20,000 nucleotides of DNA, taken from the IMG/VR virus record IMGVR_UViG_3300027278_000010. One strand, written 5' to 3'. Positions 15,200 through 20,000 of this stretch are shown here, in pieces. A program made the translations under genes and the position numbers. Each line of letters opens with the position of its first letter. Position 1 is the first letter of the stretch. This DNA comes from an uncultured virus (IMG/VR IMGVR_UViG_3300027278_000010). Its lineage: Duplodnaviria; Heunggongvirae; Uroviricota; Caudoviricetes; Schitoviridae. Below the pieces are notes generated by a model. The model was not told where the DNA came from, ran no database searches, and saw only the letters and a list, made by a program, of their open reading frames with translations.

Positions 15200-15622
15200 A
15201 TGACAACTGAAAACCTGTTTGAATTGGCTTCCCGCAAGAAGCTGCGTTTCCAATCGGCCAAAGGCGAACTGACGGTTGAACAACTGTGGGATTTGCCGTT
15301 GATCAGCAAGAGTCCAACCCGCGATGTCAAATGCGATCTGGACACTTTGGCTCGTGACATCAGCCGTGAGCTGAAAGCCCAAGCTGAAGACAGCTTCGTG
15401 GAAACGAAGACCAACCCTGAAAAGGCCCGTCTTGAACTGGCCCTTGAGCTGGTCAAGTACGTCATCGGCGTGAAAATCGAACAGCGTGATAACGCTGAAA
15501 AAGATAAAGAACGCCGTGTAGAGCGTGAGCGTTTGCTCAACGCTCTTGAGCGCAGCCAGGAAAAAGCTCTGGAGGAACTAACTCCAGAGCAAATCCAAGA
15601 AAAGCTGAAGCAACTCGGCTGA
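15200..15622 (+). CDS. Conserved coiled-coil phage protein, 140 aa, partner of the upstream gene
   Basis: GAGG RBS then ATG 15200; LFELASRKKLRFQSAKGELTVEQLWDLPL with a charged helical C-terminus. Confidence 0.85.
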   Translation: MTTENLFELASRKKLRFQSAKGELTVEQLWDLPLISKSPTRDVKCDLDTLARDISRELKAQAEDSFVETKTNPEKARLELALELVKYVIGVKIEQRDNAEKDKERRVERERLLNALERSQEKALEELTPEQIQEKLKQLG

Positions 15623-15627
15623 TAGAT

Positions 15628-15661
15628 AAAACCCCGACTACCAAGTCGGGGTTTTGTTTTT
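15628..15661 (+). terminator. Rho-independent terminator (possibly bidirectional)
   Basis: AAAACCCCGACT-ACCA-AGTCGGGGTTTT-GTTTTT. Confidence 0.9.
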
Positions 15662-15686
15662 GAGTCTTTAACTCCCCGGAGTCACC

Positions 15687-16136
15687 ATGAGCAATCAAGA
15701 AAACACCCCAAAGTATGACTTTCAGAACATGGATGTGAAACTGTATTTGGCCCTCAAAGCAGCTTACACACCATCCCCTGTTTTGAAAAAAGAGGAACTT
15801 ATCCGCATTGAGCAAAATGCCCACAATGTAATGGAAGAGTTCCGTCTGTCACTAGGCCCATTGCCTCATTGGGCAGTTGATCGTAATTGGGAATACGCAC
15901 TTATTCCCGGTGCACAACTTTGTACCAAAGATGGTCGTATTGTGGGCAATGCTCATATCATCGGTTTCGGTGATGCAATGCCTGTGTCCCATACACCAAC
16001 TTTTCTGTGTCTGACAGATGCTGGAAACACTCTTGTGTACAGCGAAGTCGAGATACTGAATAACTTCAACATTGGTGACTGGTTAAGTGACCCTGTTGAT
16101 GTAATAAAACGCTTCAAGAAAGAGGATGTTCTATGA
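15687..16136 (+). CDS. Hypothetical protein, 149 aa
   Basis: GGAG RBS. Confidence 0.8.
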   Translation: MSNQENTPKYDFQNMDVKLYLALKAAYTPSPVLKKEELIRIEQNAHNVMEEFRLSLGPLPHWAVDRNWEYALIPGAQLCTKDGRIVGNAHIIGFGDAMPVSHTPTFLCLTDAGNTLVYSEVEILNNFNIGDWLSDPVDVIKRFKKEDVL

Positions 16137-16717
16137 ACATGGCGTATATCGCAATTGTGGATTACATACTCGCATTTGCTGTGGCTCATATCATGGAAAA
16201 CCCAGACAGTGACTACCCTAGAACCTACGGGGGAACCACTGGTTTTATGCACTCACGCCCTGAATACATGCCTGAACCAGGTGATCTGGTCAGACTGGAT
16301 TCCATGCGTGATCCTGAGTTCAGGCTCTGCTGGCTGATTGCCGTTACTCTGGACAACAAGAACGGCTTCCACGTTTATACCGTGGAGTCTGTCAAAACAG
16401 GTGCAATATGCGACTGGTCAAATGTCGGTATTTCGATATTTCATCGAAAGACAAAAGACAATCATCCTGAGTGGCGTTGGACAGACATTCAATTCTCTTT
16501 CCGTGATTTGTGGTTTGCTGCTTGTTCAGAACAGTCTGACCACGTTCATGTTCCTACTTATCCAACCTTTGAAGATGGCAAAGTAATTCTCGAATTACGT
16601 CGTCGTTTTTCACTGCAAGATGAGCCGCGTATTTCTTTGGTTGTTGAGAACTATGAAGTGCTCACTCAAGATCAACTTGAGGACATTTATTTGGACATGA
16701 TTAAGAAAGATGCTTAA
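16133..16717 (+). CDS. Hypothetical protein, 194 aa
   Basis: ATGA overlap and GAGGA RBS; SH3-like PEPGDLVRL segment. Confidence 0.8.
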   Translation: MNMAYIAIVDYILAFAVAHIMENPDSDYPRTYGGTTGFMHSRPEYMPEPGDLVRLDSMRDPEFRLCWLIAVTLDNKNGFHVYTVESVKTGAICDWSNVGISIFHRKTKDNHPEWRWTDIQFSFRDLWFAACSEQSDHVHVPTYPTFEDGKVILELRRRFSLQDEPRISLVVENYEVLTQDQLEDIYLDMIKKDA

Positions 16718-16718
16718 C

Positions 16719-16752
16719 AAAAAGCACCCAACTATTGGGTGCTTTTCTTTTT
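16719..16752 (+). terminator. Rho-independent terminator (possibly bidirectional)
   Basis: AAAAGCACCCAA-CTA-TTGGGTGCTTTT-CTTTTT. Confidence 0.9.
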
Positions 16753-16809
16753 ATAAACGTGGCATTGGGCAATACCGCTTAGCCGCCAAACAGCAAAACA
16801 GAGGTTATC

Positions 16810-17847
16810 TTGACTAATTTTTATCGTTGCACTCCACGTAAGCTTAAAGAGCTGATGACTGATGTACTTGCTGCACAGCTTGTGCCTTATGTCATTAGCT
16901 CACCCGGTATGGGTAAATCAGCAATTACCCACACTGTAGCCAACGAGTTCAATCTCAAAATGATTGACCATCGTTTGTCCACTTCAAGCCCCGAAGACAT
17001 GAGTGGCTTGCCGCATTTTAATGCCCGTGGTCGTGCTGAATTTGCACCCTTTGAGGATTTGTTTCCTCTGGATGATGACCCACTGCCTCAAGGCAAAGAC
17101 GGCTGGATGCTCTTCTTGGATGAGTTCAGCTCAGCCCCCAAAAGCATCCAAGCACCTGCCTACAAGCTGATCCTGGATCGTATGACAGGGCAGCGTAAGC
17201 TCAATGAGCGTGTGGCTATTGCTGCTGCTGGTAACCATGCAACTGACCGGGCCATCGTAAACCCGATCAGCACCGCTCTTCAGAGCCGCATGGTGCACTT
17301 GGAGCTGGAACTCAGCTTCGATGAGTGGCTTCTCGACGTGGCTATCAAGGAAAACTACGACCCAAGGATCATTGCATTCTTGTCGCAATACCCGTCAAAG
17401 CTGATGGATTTTCGCCCGGATCACCAAGAAAAAACCTTCTGCTGCCCCCGTACTTGGGAGTTCATGAACAAGTTGGTCATTGGCAAAAGCATCACCGAGG
17501 AGAAAGCTGCTATGTACGCAGGCACTATCACTTCCGGTGTAGCTGCTGAGTTCCTGCAATTCAGCTTGCTGTCTGGTTCTATGATCAAGGTAGCCGACAT
17601 TCTGGCCAACCCAGTGAGCTGCCCTATTCCGGGTGACAATTCCCTACGTTGGGCAACTGTGTCGCACATGATGGAGAAAATCACCGAAGACAACTTCGCT
17701 AAATTGGCCACTTATGCCAACCGTTTTAGTTTGGACTTCCGTGTGCTGTTCTACCGCTCCGTGATGGTTCGTCATCCTCAGTTGCGTCGTCACCCTGCTT
17801 TCGCCAGTGCTCTTATTGAGCTTTCCCGTTACCTCACTGACTGTTAA
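16810..17847 (+). CDS. MoxR-related AAA+ ATPase (N4 gp24-like)
   Basis: GAGG RBS then TTG; SSPGMGKS, LFLDEF, AAAGN, LQSRMVH, FCCPRTWE. Confidence 0.93.
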   Translation: MTNFYRCTPRKLKELMTDVLAAQLVPYVISSPGMGKSAITHTVANEFNLKMIDHRLSTSSPEDMSGLPHFNARGRAEFAPFEDLFPLDDDPLPQGKDGWMLFLDEFSSAPKSIQAPAYKLILDRMTGQRKLNERVAIAAAGNHATDRAIVNPISTALQSRMVHLELELSFDEWLLDVAIKENYDPRIIAFLSQYPSKLMDFRPDHQEKTFCCPRTWEFMNKLVIGKSITEEKAAMYAGTITSGVAAEFLQFSLLSGSMIKVADILANPVSCPIPGDNSLRWATVSHMMEKITEDNFAKLATYANRFSLDFRVLFYRSVMVRHPQLRRHPAFASALIELSRYLTDC

Positions 17848-17856
17848 GGAACAGAG

Positions 17857-18084
17857 ATGAAACTTGAACCAGGCCCAGTAATTGTGGCCCGTAGCTCTGG
17901 GTTGATGTGTGCAGCACGGCTGATTTCTGAAGACGACGAGCGCTATTTCGTCAAAATTCAGGACAACAAACGCCCGCAGTACATCTACAAAAACAAAGAC
18001 ACCGTTCAGCTGTTCCGTGATACGGACGCTGCAATGGACTGGATTGATGAGGTGAATCGTGGACGTGGAAAATCTACAACGTGA
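17857..18084 (+). CDS. Hypothetical protein, 75 aa
   Basis: AAGGA RBS; lies between the ATPase and vWA genes. Confidence 0.75.
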   Translation: MKLEPGPVIVARSSGLMCAARLISEDDERYFVKIQDNKRPQYIYKNKDTVQLFRDTDAAMDWIDEVNRGRGKSTT

Positions 18085-19195
18085 GCTTGACCGAGTTAAG
18101 TCAAAAGTCTTTCTAGGCAAAAATGCAGCGTTCCTTGGATCACTGCTTTGCTCCTTGAATTTCATTTGGGACGAGTCCACAGAAACTGCTGCCACAAACG
18201 GCTTGTCGTTCTGGTGGAATCCCAACTGGTTTTTGGAGTTGCCCCCAGCTACGAGGGAAACAGTTCTGCTGCATGAGCTGTGGCATCCCGGTCGATTACA
18301 CATGATACGAAGGGGCAATCGTGACCCAGAAATCTGGAACTATGCCTGCGACATTCGTATCAATAATGACCTTGAAAATGAAGGTCACAGCTTTGTTGGT
18401 GCCGAGGACTGCTGGAAAGACCAGTCATTCGGAAACATGGTTGAGGAAGACATTTACGACTTCTTGATCCAAAACCAAAAACCCCCACCGCCCAACGGTG
18501 GTTCATGGGGTGCAAAAGACAAAGGTGGCGACATAACCCTGCTTGATCAAAAGCAGATCGTCAGTGCCGTAAACAACGTGGTACGTGCGATTCAACAAGC
18601 AAAAATGGCCGGTGATGCTGGGGCTATCCCCGGTGGCATCGAAACCATTATTGAGAAATTCTTGGCTCCCATTGTCCCTTGGGAGCAGCACCTGAATCAG
18701 TTCTTTACTGACCTGTGCGATGAGGATTACAGCTGGAAGCGACCCAACAGACGCCACATTGGTGACGACCTGTACCTGCCTTCACGCATACGGGACGATG
18801 GTAAGCTTGAGCATCTTGCGTACTACCTGGACGTTTCAGGCTCTGTAAGCAACGCTGATGTGCTGCGCTTCAACTCTGAGGTGAAGTACATCAAAGAGTT
18901 TTTCAATCCTGAAAAGCTCACGCTTGTACTGTTCGACACTCGCATAACAGCAACCTATGAGTTCAGCCCAGAAGACACTTTTGAAAAAATCGTCGTCGTG
19001 GGCCGAGGTGGTACTTCTTTGGTTCCTGTGCGTGAGCACATCCAAGAACACAAACCAACTGCTGCTGTCATTTTCTCTGACTTGCAGTGTCCTCAAATGC
19101 AACCACTGGATTTTCAAATCCCAGTGCTTTGGGTGGCCATAAGGGCTGCTGGTAAAACAGTGCCTTTCGGTAAGCTGATTCACATAAGGAATTAA
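18059..19195 (+). CDS. HExxH metallopeptidase-like + vWA domain protein (DUF2201 type, N4 gp25-like)
   Basis: TAATNG, LLHELWH, WNYACDIRIN, YSWKRPNRR, MIDAS DVSGS, GRGGT, FSD. Confidence 0.93.
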   Translation: MDVENLQRELDRVKSKVFLGKNAAFLGSLLCSLNFIWDESTETAATNGLSFWWNPNWFLELPPATRETVLLHELWHPGRLHMIRRGNRDPEIWNYACDIRINNDLENEGHSFVGAEDCWKDQSFGNMVEEDIYDFLIQNQKPPPPNGGSWGAKDKGGDITLLDQKQIVSAVNNVVRAIQQAKMAGDAGAIPGGIETIIEKFLAPIVPWEQHLNQFFTDLCDEDYSWKRPNRRHIGDDLYLPSRIRDDGKLEHLAYYLDVSGSVSNADVLRFNSEVKYIKEFFNPEKLTLVLFDTRITATYEFSPEDTFEKIVVVGRGGTSLVPVREHIQEHKPTAAVIFSDLQCPQMQPLDFQIPVLWVAIRAAGKTVPFGKLIHIRN

Positions 19196-19197
19196 GC

Positions 19198-19692
19198 ATG
19201 ATCATCAACGGTAACTCTTTGATTTTCATGGAACCTATCGTTGATATGGTTCCACTCAAAGAACACATTCACGGCACTAGCTATGGCCTTGGAGAAGCTG
19301 GCTACGACATCCGCATCAAGCAAGATGTCAGCTTCCTTCCTCAAGGCACCAAGGGACCGTGCGTGCTCGTCAATGGCGAAATGACCTATGGGCGTTTTGC
19401 CCTTGCTTCTGCCATTGAAGAGTTTCAGATGCCACGTAGCCTGGTCGGCATCGTTCATGACAAATCCACTTGGGCAAGAAAGGGTTTATCAGTGTTTAAC
19501 ACTGTGATCGAGCCTGGTTGGCATGGTTTCTTGACGTTGGAACTCGTGTATCACGGCAATGAACCTCTGCATATCAAGGCAGGCTCAGGTATTGCTCAAG
19601 TGATCTTCAGCGAGATCAAGCACCCAACCAGCTACTCCGGCAAATACCAGAACCAAGAAGACAGACCAGTGCCTGCACGGGACTCTGTTTGA
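19198..19692 (+). CDS. dcd: dCTP deaminase (N4 gp26-like)
   Basis: SYGLGEAGYDIR, DKSTWARKGL, TVIEPGWHGFLTLEL, IAQVIF, YSGKYQNQ. Confidence 0.95.
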   Translation: MIINGNSLIFMEPIVDMVPLKEHIHGTSYGLGEAGYDIRIKQDVSFLPQGTKGPCVLVNGEMTYGRFALASAIEEFQMPRSLVGIVHDKSTWARKGLSVFNTVIEPGWHGFLTLELVYHGNEPLHIKAGSGIAQVIFSEIKHPTSYSGKYQNQEDRPVPARDSV

Positions 19693-19708
19693 TTGGTGTG
19701 AGGTGCCT

Positions 19709-19909
19709 ATGAGCGAAACCACCAACACGATGGAAGAACGCAACGCAAGTCAGCGCAGGACCATCCTGAAGCAAGTGGACCGTATCAGAGAACTTGAGGT
19801 GTGGGAGAAATTCGCAGCACACCTCTTAAACAACTGCAACGGTCAGACCATCACACCAGAAAATCTGGAAAAATGGTTAGAAGAGTCTCAAAAAAGCAAG
19901 AAAACTTGA
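19709..19909 (+). CDS. Hypothetical protein, 66 aa
   Basis: GAGGT RBS then ATG 19709. Confidence 0.7.
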   Translation: MSETTNTMEERNASQRRTILKQVDRIRELEVWEKFAAHLLNNCNGQTITPENLEKWLEESQKSKKT

Positions 19910-19973
19910 CCCTACTGCCAATGCTTTTTTGGGTTGATAAACCCTTTCATTCATCCCGTAATAAGGAAAATCC

Positions 19974-20000
19974 ATGAGCTTCATTCGTGCAACTCAGAAA
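19974..20000 (+). CDS. Start of the next gene (partial)
   Basis: AAGGA RBS then ATG; MSFIRATQK... Confidence 0.55.

Noticed and set aside
13138..15540. Long minus-strand ORFs (13138..13923, 14632..15540)
   Set aside because: They are antisense shadows caused by codon bias of the plus-strand genes and show no recognisable motifs.

Overview
This window comes from an N4-like phage (Schitoviridae) genome and apparently spans the junction of the genome ends in a circularly permuted assembly. Positions 1-2634 carry minus-strand late/packaging genes: terminase large subunit (N-terminal part), an N4 gp69-like gene and a three-domain protein resembling fused nucleotide-signal sponges. The intergenic region at 2640-3550 holds a candidate ~200-nt structured RNA with its own promoter and terminator, and a C/A-rich tract near the likely terminus. 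The plus-strand early/middle region follows: two virion-RNAP hairpin promoters, gp1, the gp2/Drc ssDNA-binding activator, many small accessory ORFs (including NADAR-like and macrodomain-like genes), the split T7-like RNAP II, an Ig-domain decoration protein, a minimal ClpX-like ATPase, an HNH nuclease, a YfaP-domain protein with its partner, the AAA ATPase/metallopeptidase-vWA pair and dCTP deaminase. All family assignments come from motif recognition by eye; no database search was run.
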